This document shows positions 8,669 to 17,466 of a stretch of DNA of 64,000 nucleotides, piece after piece. The DNA is from Actinomycetota bacterium. Its GTDB lineage: Bacteria; Actinomycetota; Coriobacteriia; Anaerosomatales; SLCP01. Both the position numbers and the translations under genes were made by a program. The notes below the pieces were generated by a model. It was given only the letters and a program-made list of their open reading frames with translations. It made no database searches and was not told the DNA's origin. Position 1 is the stretch's first letter. Each line of letters opens with the position of its first letter. The DNA lies in contig JBBIIC010000005.1 in the NCBI GenBank assembly GCA_037446725.1, positions 5,886 through 69,885 on the forward strand. The letters run 5' to 3'.

Positions 8669-9481
8669 CTAGCCCCGGCGGGCCTTGCGAATGTCCCCGT
8701 CCACAATCCAGAAGAACACCTCAGGCAGCAGCCCCTTGAGCCGGAAGTAGAAGCGGCTCGTGGCATCGGGGATGATGTGGAACCGGCCTCGTTCGATCCC
8801 GCGTAAGACCGCGTCCGCGACCCGCGTGGGAGGGATGGACTTGATGTTGCCGCTGATGACCTCGGTCTCGTGGGGCCGCATGGCGCGTTCAGCGACAAGC
8901 GCCGGGGTCTCGGTGTCGGGGGGCAGGACCGCCGACACGACGATGCCGTGGGGACGCAGCTCGAACCTCAGCGCCTCGGTGAAACCGAGCACGGCGTACT
9001 TCGCGGCGGCGTAGCCTGTGTAGCCGTAGATACCGAGGAAGCCGGCGACCGAGGAGACGTTGACGATGTGCCCGCGGCCGCGCGCAATCATGTCAGGAGC
9101 GACGACCCGGCACGGGTTGACCACGCTCCAGTAGCCGCAGGACATGTTCGTCTCGAGGTGCTCGTAGGGCATCGTGGCAAACTCGCCGGGCAGAATCACA
9201 CCCGCGCTGTTGATGAGCAGGTCGCAGAGGAACCCCTGCCGCTTGAGTTCGTCGAAGGCGGCCTGCGTGGGCCCGATTCCGGACAGATCGGCGCTCGCCG
9301 TTAGCACGCGCTGGTCGGGCCGGAGTCGTGCCGCCTCCACGGCGGCTCGCGCCCGCTCGAGCTTTCCTGGGTCGCGTGCCACGAGCGCCACGTGGGCGCC
9401 GCGCGCGGCGAGGGCCACAGCACACGCCAGCCCGATCCCGCTGCTGCCGCCGGTGACGACCGCGTACGAACCCTCGAACAC
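8669..9481 (-). CDS. Short-chain dehydrogenase/reductase (SDR), substrate unknown
   Basis: 270 aa. Cofactor motif VTGGSSGIG and catalytic YAAAK (YxxxK). The start is 3 nt after the sirC-like stop. Confidence 0.85.
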   Translation of the reverse strand: MFEGSYAVVTGGSSGIGLACAVALAARGAHVALVARDPGKLERARAAVEAARLRPDQRVLTASADLSGIGPTQAAFDELKRQGFLCDLLINSAGVILPGEFATMPYEHLETNMSCGYWSVVNPCRVVAPDMIARGRGHIVNVSSVAGFLGIYGYTGYAAAKYAVLGFTEALRFELRPHGIVVSAVLPPDTETPALVAERAMRPHETEVISGNIKSIPPTRVADAVLRGIERGRFHIIPDATSRFYFRLKGLLPEVFFWIVDGDIRKARRG

Positions 9482-9483
9482 CT

Positions 9484-10182
9484 TCAGCCTCCGGAGCCTG
9501 CGTCAGCGCCGGAGCGGTCGACAGAGACCACGCCGCCGGGGACGAACTCACGGAAGACGTCCTCGGGATCCGGGCACACGCCCGACATCACACGGTCGTA
9601 CAGGTCGGAGGCCGCGATCGCCTCGAAGATCGGCTTGCGGACGGGTTCGCCGCCCGGCACGCGCTCGAGCACAAGGCAGCGCACCTGGCCGAGCAGGCGC
9701 ACGTAGCACTCCCACTCCTCGCCGTAGTGCTCCTCGAGCTCGCGACGGATCCGTTTGGCGACCACCGGGGCCGCACCGCCGGTCGAGATGGCGATCTGGA
9801 GCGGGCCACGCTTGACGATCGACGGCACGATGAAGTTGCAGAGCTCGGGTACGTCCACCACGTTGACGAGGCATCCCTGACCCTCGGCTTCCTGGTAGAC
9901 GGCCCGGTTGACCTCGGTCGAATCGGTCGCGCACACGACGACGAACGCCCCGGCGAGATCCCCGCGCACGTAGCCCCGCTGTTCGTGCTCGATGAGTCCC
10001 TGCGCGACGAGCGCGTCGATGCCCGGCGTGACGAGCGGGGCGACGCACACGACGTCGGCACCGTACTCGAGTAGGGTCGAGATCTTGCGCTCGGCGACCG
10101 AGCCTCCGCCGACCACCACGGCCAGTCGCCCATGCAGATCGAGGAAGACCGGGTAGTAGGGGCTGGAGTACGAGTCGGTCAT
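9484..10182 (-). CDS. sirC: Precorrin-2 dehydrogenase / sirohydrochlorin ferrochelatase (CysG N-terminal / SirC / Met8-like)
   Basis: Start moved to ATG 10182 (MTDSYSSPYYPVFLDLHGRLAVVVGGGSVAERK). Rossmann GGGxxA motif and the conserved NVVD and ISTGG segments are present. Confidence 0.85.
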   Translation of the reverse strand: MTDSYSSPYYPVFLDLHGRLAVVVGGGSVAERKISTLLEYGADVVCVAPLVTPGIDALVAQGLIEHEQRGYVRGDLAGAFVVVCATDSTEVNRAVYQEAEGQGCLVNVVDVPELCNFIVPSIVKRGPLQIAISTGGAAPVVAKRIRRELEEHYGEEWECYVRLLGQVRCLVLERVPGGEPVRKPIFEAIAASDLYDRVMSGVCPDPEDVFREFVPGGVVSVDRSGADAGSGG

Positions 10183-10189
10183 CCGCCGA

Positions 10190-11029
10190 TCACAGCCCGA
10201 AGACGTGGAAGCCGGTCGGCAGCGTGCGCGCGAGAACGGCGAGCACGATGACCGCCACCAGGCCCACCAGGGCCAGCCGCGCGAGCACGGTGGCCGATGC
10301 GTTCCTGCGGTAGTACAACAACAGATAGCTGCCGAAGATGAACCACACAACGCCCGACATCATGACCCGGGGGTCGAACCACCAGTTAAGGTCGAACTCG
10401 ATGGCTCGCACGATGCCGAGCAGCATGCCCGCTGTGTAGAGCGGGTAGGCGAGCATGATGGCGCGCCGCGCGATCATCTGGGTCTGGGTGAGCGAAGGCA
10501 GCCGCTTCATGAGCGCTGAGGATTTGTGCTTCTTGAGCTGCGCACCCTGGATGAGGTAGACGCCCGAGGCGACCGCACCCACGGCGAATCCCGCGTTCGC
10601 GATCATGATGATGGCGACGTGCATCGCCACACGCCAGCTGTCGAGCTGCTCGAGCGCCGCCGAACTCAGCTCGAAGCTCTCGGAATCCGCGAGAATCTGG
10701 CCGAGTGCCATCGCGACGAACGCCAGAGGCACGAGCACGATCCCGTAGAGCTTCAGCTTCACGAGGTGCTCGACGATGAAGTAGATGAGGATGAGCGTCC
10801 AGGCTGCGAGAGAGAGCGAGTTGAACGGACCGGTGATCGGCGTCTCTCCTGTGGCGGCCCAGTGCAGCCCGATCGACGCGGTATGCAGCAGGAATCCGGC
10901 GCCGGTGGCAAACGTCGCGTACCACGAGAAAACCGGACGTTTCGTGACGAAGTTGTATGCGTACAGTACGGTCGCGACGAGGTAGAGCGCCATCGCGAAC
11001 CAGTAACAGACGATCGCTGCCTGCTCCAC
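10190..11029 (-). CDS. Cytochrome c assembly family membrane protein (HemX/CcsA-like)
   Basis: 279 aa, polytopic, with Trp-rich segment LNWWFDPRVMMSG. Size and heme-operon context resemble Bacillus HemX. Distinct from the ccmC encoded upstream. Confidence 0.72.
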   Translation of the reverse strand: MEQAAIVCYWFAMALYLVATVLYAYNFVTKRPVFSWYATFATGAGFLLHTASIGLHWAATGETPITGPFNSLSLAAWTLILIYFIVEHLVKLKLYGIVLVPLAFVAMALGQILADSESFELSSAALEQLDSWRVAMHVAIIMIANAGFAVGAVASGVYLIQGAQLKKHKSSALMKRLPSLTQTQMIARRAIMLAYPLYTAGMLLGIVRAIEFDLNWWFDPRVMMSGVVWFIFGSYLLLYYRRNASATVLARLALVGLVAVIVLAVLARTLPTGFHVFGL

Positions 11030-11081
11030 TCTCTACCCCCTCTCGCCTTGTCGGCGGCTCCTGACCGTGCCTGCCGTCACC

Positions 11082-11270
11082 CTACGCGCCGGCGTTGCGG
11101 CGCTCGAGCGCCTCTTCGAGCACGATCATCTCTTTCTCGATGCGCCCCACACGACTGTATGCCATGCCGATGTAGACGACCAGCGCAAGCCAGAGCAGGG
11201 CGTAGGCGCCGGCGACGTACGGGAGCGACGGGACGACGAGCGCGTAGATCTCAGCAAGTACCGGGTCCAT
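11082..11270 (-). CDS. ccmD: Small single-TM protein in the CcmD position (heme exporter protein D-like)
   Basis: Start moved to ATG 11270, with AAGGAGG 6 nt upstream, 20 nt after the ccmC stop. 62 aa with one TM helix (PYVAGAYALLWLALVVYIGMAY). High GC3. Assigned mainly by position and size. Confidence 0.55.
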   Translation of the reverse strand: MDPVLAEIYALVVPSLPYVAGAYALLWLALVVYIGMAYSRVGRIEKEMIVLEEALERRNAGA

Positions 11271-11289
11271 GGATGTCCTCCTTGTGGCT

Positions 11290-12006
11290 TCAGCCCTCGA
11301 GTGAGGCCTTGAGGGCCTCGAGGCGGTCGTGAACGAGCTCCTCGCGCATGCGCGTTTGGAAGATGGCATAGGCGATCATGAGCATTCCGAACATCCCGAT
11401 CAGGAACGCAGCGAGCTGCGAGCCCGTGAGCCCGCCGCCGGCCCTCAGCACAACGGGATGGACCGACGACGGGATGATGCGCGTGATCGCGAACGAGATC
11501 GGCGCATCGATGAACGCGATGATGCCGAAGACTGCGGCGTAGGTCGCACGGCGCTCCTCGTCCTCGATCGAGTTGCGTAGCACGAAGTAGGCGATGACGA
11601 GCAGCGTCATGATGAAGTACGTGGTCAGCCTCGGCTCCCAGACCCACCAGCGGCCCCATTCGAAGCGGGTCCACAGGATACCCGTCGCCATCGTCATGAT
11701 GACGAACAGGAGCGTCACCTCGGTCGCGATGCGCGCCCGCGTGTCGTACTGCTTGTCCTTGGTCATCAGGAAGCGCACACCGTAGTAGGCGGTGAAGAAG
11801 AACACGAGGAAGCTCGAGATGGCGACCGGCACGTGGAAGTAGAATATCTTCTGGGAGAAGAGCGGCTGATAGCCGAGTATCCGGCCCGCCTCGTTCGTGA
11901 TGGCGGGGCCGAGCACCGGCGGGGTGAAGAAGAAGGCCATGATGAATCCGGCCGTGGTCAACAGACCGCCGAGCACCAGCAGGACCGGTACGAGGTACTT
12001 TTTCAC
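11290..12006 (-). CDS. ccmC: Heme exporter protein C
   Basis: 238 aa with WWD motif WGRWWVWEPRLTT. Polytopic. Confidence 0.9.
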   Translation of the reverse strand: MKKYLVPVLLVLGGLLTTAGFIMAFFFTPPVLGPAITNEAGRILGYQPLFSQKIFYFHVPVAISSFLVFFFTAYYGVRFLMTKDKQYDTRARIATEVTLLFVIMTMATGILWTRFEWGRWWVWEPRLTTYFIMTLLVIAYFVLRNSIEDEERRATYAAVFGIIAFIDAPISFAITRIIPSSVHPVVLRAGGGLTGSQLAAFLIGMFGMLMIAYAIFQTRMREELVHDRLEALKASLEG

Positions 12007-12047
12007 CGTTGTGTCTACCTCCAGCCTCGGGCCGCGCGTCCTCTGAT

Positions 12048-12761
12048 CTACGCTCCGACGATGAACTCGTAGAGCGCGAAGGACGCCAGCAGCATTATCG
12101 CATCGAACGCGGCCATCATGCCCATGCCCGTCCAGAACTGCTGGACGGACCCATCTCCGCCGAGGATGGCGGCGCTCGTTGCCGAGACTGCCGCGAGCAA
12201 GAGCGGGTACATGAGCGGGACGAACAGGACGGCGAGCACGAAGTCCTTGCCCTTAGTGTTCACGGACATAGTGGCGAGCAGCGTACCCACCCCCGCGATG
12301 CCCACTGCACCGGCGATCAGTGCGAGCGGGATCATCCACCACTCGCCGGCATAGCTGCCTTCCTGCAGGAAGAGGAAGGCGAACACCGGGATGGTAAGCA
12401 CCTGGACGATGAGCAGGAAGATCAGATTGCCGACGGCCTTCGAGAAGAAGATCACCGGCCGGTCGACCGGGGAGAGCAGCAGCGCCTCGAGGCAGCCCTG
12501 GTCCTTTTCGTGCACGAGCGAGCGGTTCAGGCCGAGCATCGACGTGAAGACGAACGCGAGCCACAGCAGGCCGGCGGCTATGTTGCGAGGATCGAACGCA
12601 CTGCCCGACTGGGAGAGGGCGACCTGGTAGATGACCATTGTGAGCAGCGCGTAGATGCCCATCGAGGTGATCATCTCCTTGGTGCGCAGCTCCATGACGA
12701 TGTCCTTGCGAAGGATCGCCCTGAACTGCCTCAAACTCAGCCCCGTCGCCTCGCCAGCCAC
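12048..12761 (-). CDS. ccmB: Heme exporter permease CcmB
   Basis: 237 aa, about 6 TM. CcmB-like N-terminus (FRAILRKDIVMELRTKE). Abuts the ccmA stop. Confidence 0.88.
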   Translation of the reverse strand: MAGEATGLSLRQFRAILRKDIVMELRTKEMITSMGIYALLTMVIYQVALSQSGSAFDPRNIAAGLLWLAFVFTSMLGLNRSLVHEKDQGCLEALLLSPVDRPVIFFSKAVGNLIFLLIVQVLTIPVFAFLFLQEGSYAGEWWMIPLALIAGAVGIAGVGTLLATMSVNTKGKDFVLAVLFVPLMYPLLLAAVSATSAAILGGDGSVQQFWTGMGMMAAFDAIMLLASFALYEFIVGA

Positions 12762-13499
12762 CTATGCCACCCCCAGCCCCACGGTCGCTCGGTAGGTCGC
12801 GGCGAACTCGGTCTCGTCAATCTCCGCGCGCGGCGCCGAGAGCACCACCTTGCCCCTCGCGAGGATCAGCGCGTGGCTGCACAGTGTCAGCCCCTTCGTG
12901 AGGTCGTGGCTGATCATGACGAACGTGTGGTCTGCGCGGATCTGAGCGATAAGGTTATCGAGTATCTCGACCGCATGCGGGTCGAGGCCCGAGTACGGCT
13001 CGTCGAGGAAGAGCACCTGCGGGCGGTGCAACAGCGCCCGCGCGATCGAGAGGCGCTGCAGCATGCCGCGCGAGAACGTGCGCACGAGATCGAGGCGACG
13101 ATGGTCGAGCTCGACCGCGGACAGCAGCTCGCGAACGCGCGCCTTCGCGTCGGGGACCCCGTACATGTCCGCGAAGAACTCGAGGTTCTCCTCGGCCGAG
13201 AGGTCGGGATAGAGGAGCGGGTTATGGCTGATGAGCCCGATGCGGCTGCGCAGTTCGACCGCGTCGGCGACGACGTTAAACCCGCTCACCTTCGCGGTGC
13301 CCCTCGAGGGCGCGGTAAGCGTGGTGAGCACCTTGACGAGCGTCGTCTTGCCCGCGCCGTTGGGGCCGAAGATCGAGAGGAACGCCCCGGCCGGCAGGTC
13401 GAAACTGACCCCGTCAAGCGCCTTGCGCACGCCGAAGACCCGGGTCAGGTCCCGGACTTCGACGGCGAACTCATTGGAAGTGGCCTCGGCCATCGACAA
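12762..13499 (-). CDS. ccmA: Heme exporter ABC ATPase CcmA
   Basis: 245 aa. Walker A GPNGAGKTT, signature FSRGMLQRLSIA, Walker B VLFLDEP. Confidence 0.9.
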   Translation of the reverse strand: MSMAEATSNEFAVEVRDLTRVFGVRKALDGVSFDLPAGAFLSIFGPNGAGKTTLVKVLTTLTAPSRGTAKVSGFNVVADAVELRSRIGLISHNPLLYPDLSAEENLEFFADMYGVPDAKARVRELLSAVELDHRRLDLVRTFSRGMLQRLSIARALLHRPQVLFLDEPYSGLDPHAVEILDNLIAQIRADHTFVMISHDLTKGLTLCSHALILARGKVVLSAPRAEIDETEFAATYRATVGLGVA

Positions 13500-13503
13500 G
13501 CCG

Positions 13504-15567
13504 TCAGGCCGCTGCGGGGAGCTTGCGTCGCGGCCACATCGCGATGCTGGTTCCGATGATCGTCACGCCGAACCCGAACCACACCCAGCTGATGAGCGGA
13601 TTGATCTTCACGTTCATCTGGATCTCGCCCGCCTCGTTGAAGCCCTCGAAGACCACGAAGACGTCGCGAAGTAGCTCGACGATAACGTACACGTGAAGTC
13701 GTGTCTGGTCCTGCTTGAAGTAGCGGACCTGGCCGGGCGCAGCCGTGCCGACGGGGCGCCCATCCCGGGAGACATCGAAGTGCAGCGTGCTGACCACATC
13801 GTTATTGGGCAGCGTCCGCTCCTCCGAGCCGGTGAAGACGAAGTCATAACCGCCGACCTCGAACTCGGCGCCGGGTTCGGACGGGATGCTGATGCGTACG
13901 TCCTTCACGAACATGGATGACCCGACGAGACCGATGACGATAATCCCCATGCCGAGGTGCGTCAGGTAGCCGCCCGACTGGGTGCGGGCCTTGAAGATGA
14001 GATTGCCGAGTGCCTTGAAGAAGCCTTCCTCCTTGGCAAGAGCCCGCCTCTGGGCACCCACGATGAACAGGTAAACGGAAACGGTGATGGCCAGCGCGCC
14101 GACAGCGAACCCGATCAGGGCCTCCCACGTGTGGGTCACCGAGGTCAGCACGTTCGCGTTCGGGTTCGAGAACAGATGGATGGGCCAGAGCACGGTCCAC
14201 CACAGGTACGCCAGTGCCGCGGTGACGGCGCCCGCGGCGATCAGTGGCCACTTGATTTTCGGCCAGAACACCGAACCGTCGGTCTTGCGCCACGCGAGCA
14301 GCGGGCACACCGCCATGATGAAGACGTACAGGATGCCAACCGGCCGCGCGATGGCGTCGTACGTGGCCGGCCCGTACGTCTTTCCGCCGAACGCGGGCGA
14401 GAGAGTCAGCGCAGCGATCACGACAGCCGCGACGAGCATGAGCACGTTATTGAAGTAGTACGAGGACTCCTTCGAGGTCAGGCTGTCGAACTCGTCGGCG
14501 CCCTTGAACGACTCGCTGCGGTAGGTGATGCCCACGAGACCGACGAGCATCGAGCCCACCATCATGGCGAGGAACCACCAGAACGACAACTCATCCTGCT
14601 GGAACGCATGGACCGACTGGACGACACCCGAGCGGACGATGAACGTACCAAGGAGCACCCCGACAAAGCAGATGACCGAGAGCATGACGGCCCATTTCTT
14701 GAAACCGCCGCGTCGCCGGTACACGGTGAACGAGTGAAGCAGGGCGACACCCGTCAGCCACGGGATGAACGAAGCATTCTCGACCGGGTCCCAGGCCCAG
14801 TATCCACCCCATCCGAGCACGACGTAGGCCCAGACGGCACCGAGTCCGTTGCCAAGACCCAGGAAGAGCCAGGCGAACACGGTGATGCGGTCGACGATCT
14901 CGACCCAGAGCTTGGAGGAGTCATTGACGATGAGCGCGCCGATCGCGAAAGCGAAGGGAACGGCGAAACCCGCGTAGCCCACGAAGAGCGTGGGTGGGTG
15001 CAGTGTCATCGCCCAGTGCTGGAGCAGAGGGTTCATGCCTCCGCGGATGAGCAACTCACCACCGGGGCCGATCCAGGACTCGGGGGACAGCTTGAACGGG
15101 TTGTTGAGCGGGATGAACAGTGCGACCAGGAAGAACACCTGCACGAAGTTGAGTACCGCGAGCGACATGTTGGAGACTTCGTCGGTGACCGACATGCGCT
15201 TGTAGGCAACATAGGCCGCGAACATCGACAGCAGCCAGGCCCAGAAGAGGAGCGAGCCCTCTCTTCCCGCCCACACGGCGGCGAGCTTGTAGACCCACGC
15301 GAGCGCCGAGACGTCGGTGGAGTGGTGCATCGCGACGTACTCGAGCCGGAAATCCTCGCTGACGAAAGCCGCAGTCAGGACCGCGATGCTCGAGGTGACG
15401 CCGACAAGCACGCCATACGTAGCGAGGTAGCCGATGTTGGTGAGGCCCTCGCCTTCCTTGGCGCCCATCTTGCGGCCCCACACGAGCGCGGCAATCGAGA
15501 CGAACGCCGCAACGAGAGCAACACCCATGAACAGGTTGCCGAGATTGGCCATGCGCTTCCACTCCAC
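13504..15567 (-). CDS. ccmF: Cytochrome c-type biogenesis heme lyase CcmF
   Basis: 687 aa, polytopic. WWD motif GGYWAWDPVENASFIPWL. Confidence 0.92.
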   Translation of the reverse strand: MEWKRMANLGNLFMGVALVAAFVSIAALVWGRKMGAKEGEGLTNIGYLATYGVLVGVTSSIAVLTAAFVSEDFRLEYVAMHHSTDVSALAWVYKLAAVWAGREGSLLFWAWLLSMFAAYVAYKRMSVTDEVSNMSLAVLNFVQVFFLVALFIPLNNPFKLSPESWIGPGGELLIRGGMNPLLQHWAMTLHPPTLFVGYAGFAVPFAFAIGALIVNDSSKLWVEIVDRITVFAWLFLGLGNGLGAVWAYVVLGWGGYWAWDPVENASFIPWLTGVALLHSFTVYRRRGGFKKWAVMLSVICFVGVLLGTFIVRSGVVQSVHAFQQDELSFWWFLAMMVGSMLVGLVGITYRSESFKGADEFDSLTSKESSYYFNNVLMLVAAVVIAALTLSPAFGGKTYGPATYDAIARPVGILYVFIMAVCPLLAWRKTDGSVFWPKIKWPLIAAGAVTAALAYLWWTVLWPIHLFSNPNANVLTSVTHTWEALIGFAVGALAITVSVYLFIVGAQRRALAKEEGFFKALGNLIFKARTQSGGYLTHLGMGIIVIGLVGSSMFVKDVRISIPSEPGAEFEVGGYDFVFTGSEERTLPNNDVVSTLHFDVSRDGRPVGTAAPGQVRYFKQDQTRLHVYVIVELLRDVFVVFEGFNEAGEIQMNVKINPLISWVWFGFGVTIIGTSIAMWPRRKLPAAA

Positions 15568-15643
15568 TTCCGCCCTGCCTCACGGGCGCGCCCGGGGCAC
15601 TTGCAGGTCGAAGGCGCCCCGGAGGGGGCGCCCCTTCACTCGC

Positions 15644-16321
15644 TTACTGCTCGGTATCGGAGAGCGAGACGCTCACGGCATCGAAGACGCCCTGCTCGTC
15701 GAGGAGGCCGCCGAGAACGACCTGGGAACCGTCGGCCATGCCTTCTGGCAGGGCTCCGTCGTAGAACACGTTCACCGAGGGGCTTCCGCCCTCGTCGGTG
15801 ATCACGAAGCGGGTCGCGCCGCCCGGCGGCACGATGGAGCCGCTCGCCACGAAGCCGGTCACACGAACCGACTTGCCGATGACCCCGTCGCCCTCGGCGA
15901 GCAGGTCGGCGATGGTGAGCGCGCCGGTCGCGGACTCATACTTGGACGGGCACTTGGTGATCATGTCCTCGGACTCGAGCACGCCGTCGGAGTTGACTGT
16001 GCCCGTGATGATGGCCGTGACCTCGTCGCCGAAGGTGCTCGGCACGCCGCCGTAGTAGACGACCGAGATCTGCGGCCCTTCGGTCGCACCCTCGTCACGG
16101 ATGTCGAACTTCATCGGGCTCGACTTCTTGTCCCAGGACCCCGGGACGACGGTACCCGTCACGCGGACGCGCTCGCCGGCGGCCTCCGGGTCCCCGACAA
16201 CGTCGCTGACGCTGCGGGAGTATGAGCCGTCCCCGGCGCCTACGCCCACGACGATGGCGACGACGGAGATCAGGATGATGGCGGTCACACCGATGAGGCG
16301 CATCCTGGCCCGTTTGTTCAC
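15644..16321 (-). CDS. ccmE: Cytochrome c maturation heme chaperone CcmE, CxxxY variant, with a second tandem CcmE-like OB domain
   Basis: Start set to GTG 16321 (AAAGGAG 8 nt upstream), giving (M)NKRARMRLIGVTAIILISVV, a typical CcmE N-terminus plus TM anchor. CPSKY at 15938..15952 replaces the canonical HxxxY. Residues ~133-225 repeat the first OB domain (RVRVTG..., F.I.DEG, V.Y.G..P). Confidence 0.85.
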   Translation of the reverse strand: MNKRARMRLIGVTAIILISVVAIVVGVGAGDGSYSRSVSDVVGDPEAAGERVRVTGTVVPGSWDKKSSPMKFDIRDEGATEGPQISVVYYGGVPSTFGDEVTAIITGTVNSDGVLESEDMITKCPSKYESATGALTIADLLAEGDGVIGKSVRVTGFVASGSIVPPGGATRFVITDEGGSPSVNVFYDGALPEGMADGSQVVLGGLLDEQGVFDAVSVSLSDTEQ

Positions 16322-16447
16322 ATACACCACTCCTTTGCCCGAGGGCGCCGCTCGGGGCCCACTCCCGCCTTCACCGGGCATGCTCGCACCGGTATCCGGA
16401 CGTGGGAGTACACCGCTCCGAACGTCTGCCTGCCTGAACAGCCATTA

Positions 16448-16476
16448 ATATTACCACCCGGGACGGCGCACCACAA
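16448..16476 (-). promoter_or_regulatory. Candidate promoter of the ccm operon (TTGTGG-N17-TAATAT)
   Basis: Reverse strand reads TTGTGGtgcgccgtcccgggtggTAATAT, in the only AT-rich patch of the 16322..16524 gap. Confidence 0.3.
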
Positions 16477-16524
16477 TCGCGAAGACCGCGCCTCCCGGCA
16501 GCCGGAACAGAGCAAGCGGGGTGC

Positions 16525-17466
16525 CTAGTTGATCGCCGGGTTCGCCGTTTCCTGCCGGACCTCACGCCCGCCTTCGCGCTGCAGCCACTGGACGTCGGGC
16601 GCGAAGCCCACCCGATCGAGCAGGCGCAGGTACTCCGTGGCGTCGAGCTCTCCCGGTGCCCCCGCGAGCGCTACGAGCGCCGCCTCGATCACGTTCGTGC
16701 CGAACGAGCGCCCGCCGAGTCGCGGTGTCGTAGTCACGAGCAGCTCGACTCCGCGCCCGCGCATGTCCTCGACGTCGGCGGCGGTCGTGGTGTTGGTGAC
16801 GACCCACTTGCCCGACATATCCGGAGGCATGAACTTGCGGACGTACTGGTAGTCACCCGCGATCACGTCGAACTGCTCGTAGAGGCGCGCCCGCTCCGCG
16901 GACGGGGGCTTGTCCTGCTGGGAACCGGTCGGGTAAAGCCAGGTGAACGGCAGCTGTACCACCACGGGCGCGAGCACCCGGATGAGCAGGTCGAGCGAGC
17001 GCTTGCCGCGGATGAGAACGGGCACCCCAAGCGCATACAGAAGGTCACCGTATCGCAGGTCGCAACCGGTCTCGATCAACCCCTCGGCCAAGCCGTACCG
17101 ATCGACCGCCGCCGTCACGAGCGCCCGCTTGCCCGCAAGTTCCAGCCCCAGCTCGTCGCGGACGAAGCGTACCGTCGCGTGCTCGAGCGGGCCTTTGAGC
17201 GCCGCCCCGCAGACGAGAGGCGTCCGGCGGACCGCGCGGGCGAGCCTTCTGGCCGCACGGAAGTGATAGTCGTGACCGGCCGCCCGCAGGTACAGATCGA
17301 TGCCGCCGAGGCTCAGCGCATCGACCGTGCCGTCGAGCTCGGCCAGACGGGCCTCCGCCCGGTCGAAATCGCCGTCCACGCCTTCACGGCGCAGCCTGAA
17401 CCGCTCCCCGAGCAGGTCGATCTCGACCTCGTGATTCCGCGAGGACGAGCCGAGTGAGACGCTCAC
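16525..17466 (-). CDS. Conserved hypothetical protein, function unknown
   Basis: Clear coding bias. N-terminus VSLGSSSRNHEVEIDLLGERF. I recall homologues being labelled quinate 5-dehydrogenase in some genomes, but cannot support that label. Start set to GTG 17466, which forms a GTGA overlap with the upstream stop. GTG 17487 in the track sits directly on its SD. Confidence 0.7.
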   Translation of the reverse strand: MSVSLGSSSRNHEVEIDLLGERFRLRREGVDGDFDRAEARLAELDGTVDALSLGGIDLYLRAAGHDYHFRAARRLARAVRRTPLVCGAALKGPLEHATVRFVRDELGLELAGKRALVTAAVDRYGLAEGLIETGCDLRYGDLLYALGVPVLIRGKRSLDLLIRVLAPVVVQLPFTWLYPTGSQQDKPPSAERARLYEQFDVIAGDYQYVRKFMPPDMSGKWVVTNTTTAADVEDMRGRGVELLVTTTPRLGGRSFGTNVIEAALVALAGAPGELDATEYLRLLDRVGFAPDVQWLQREGGREVRQETANPAIN

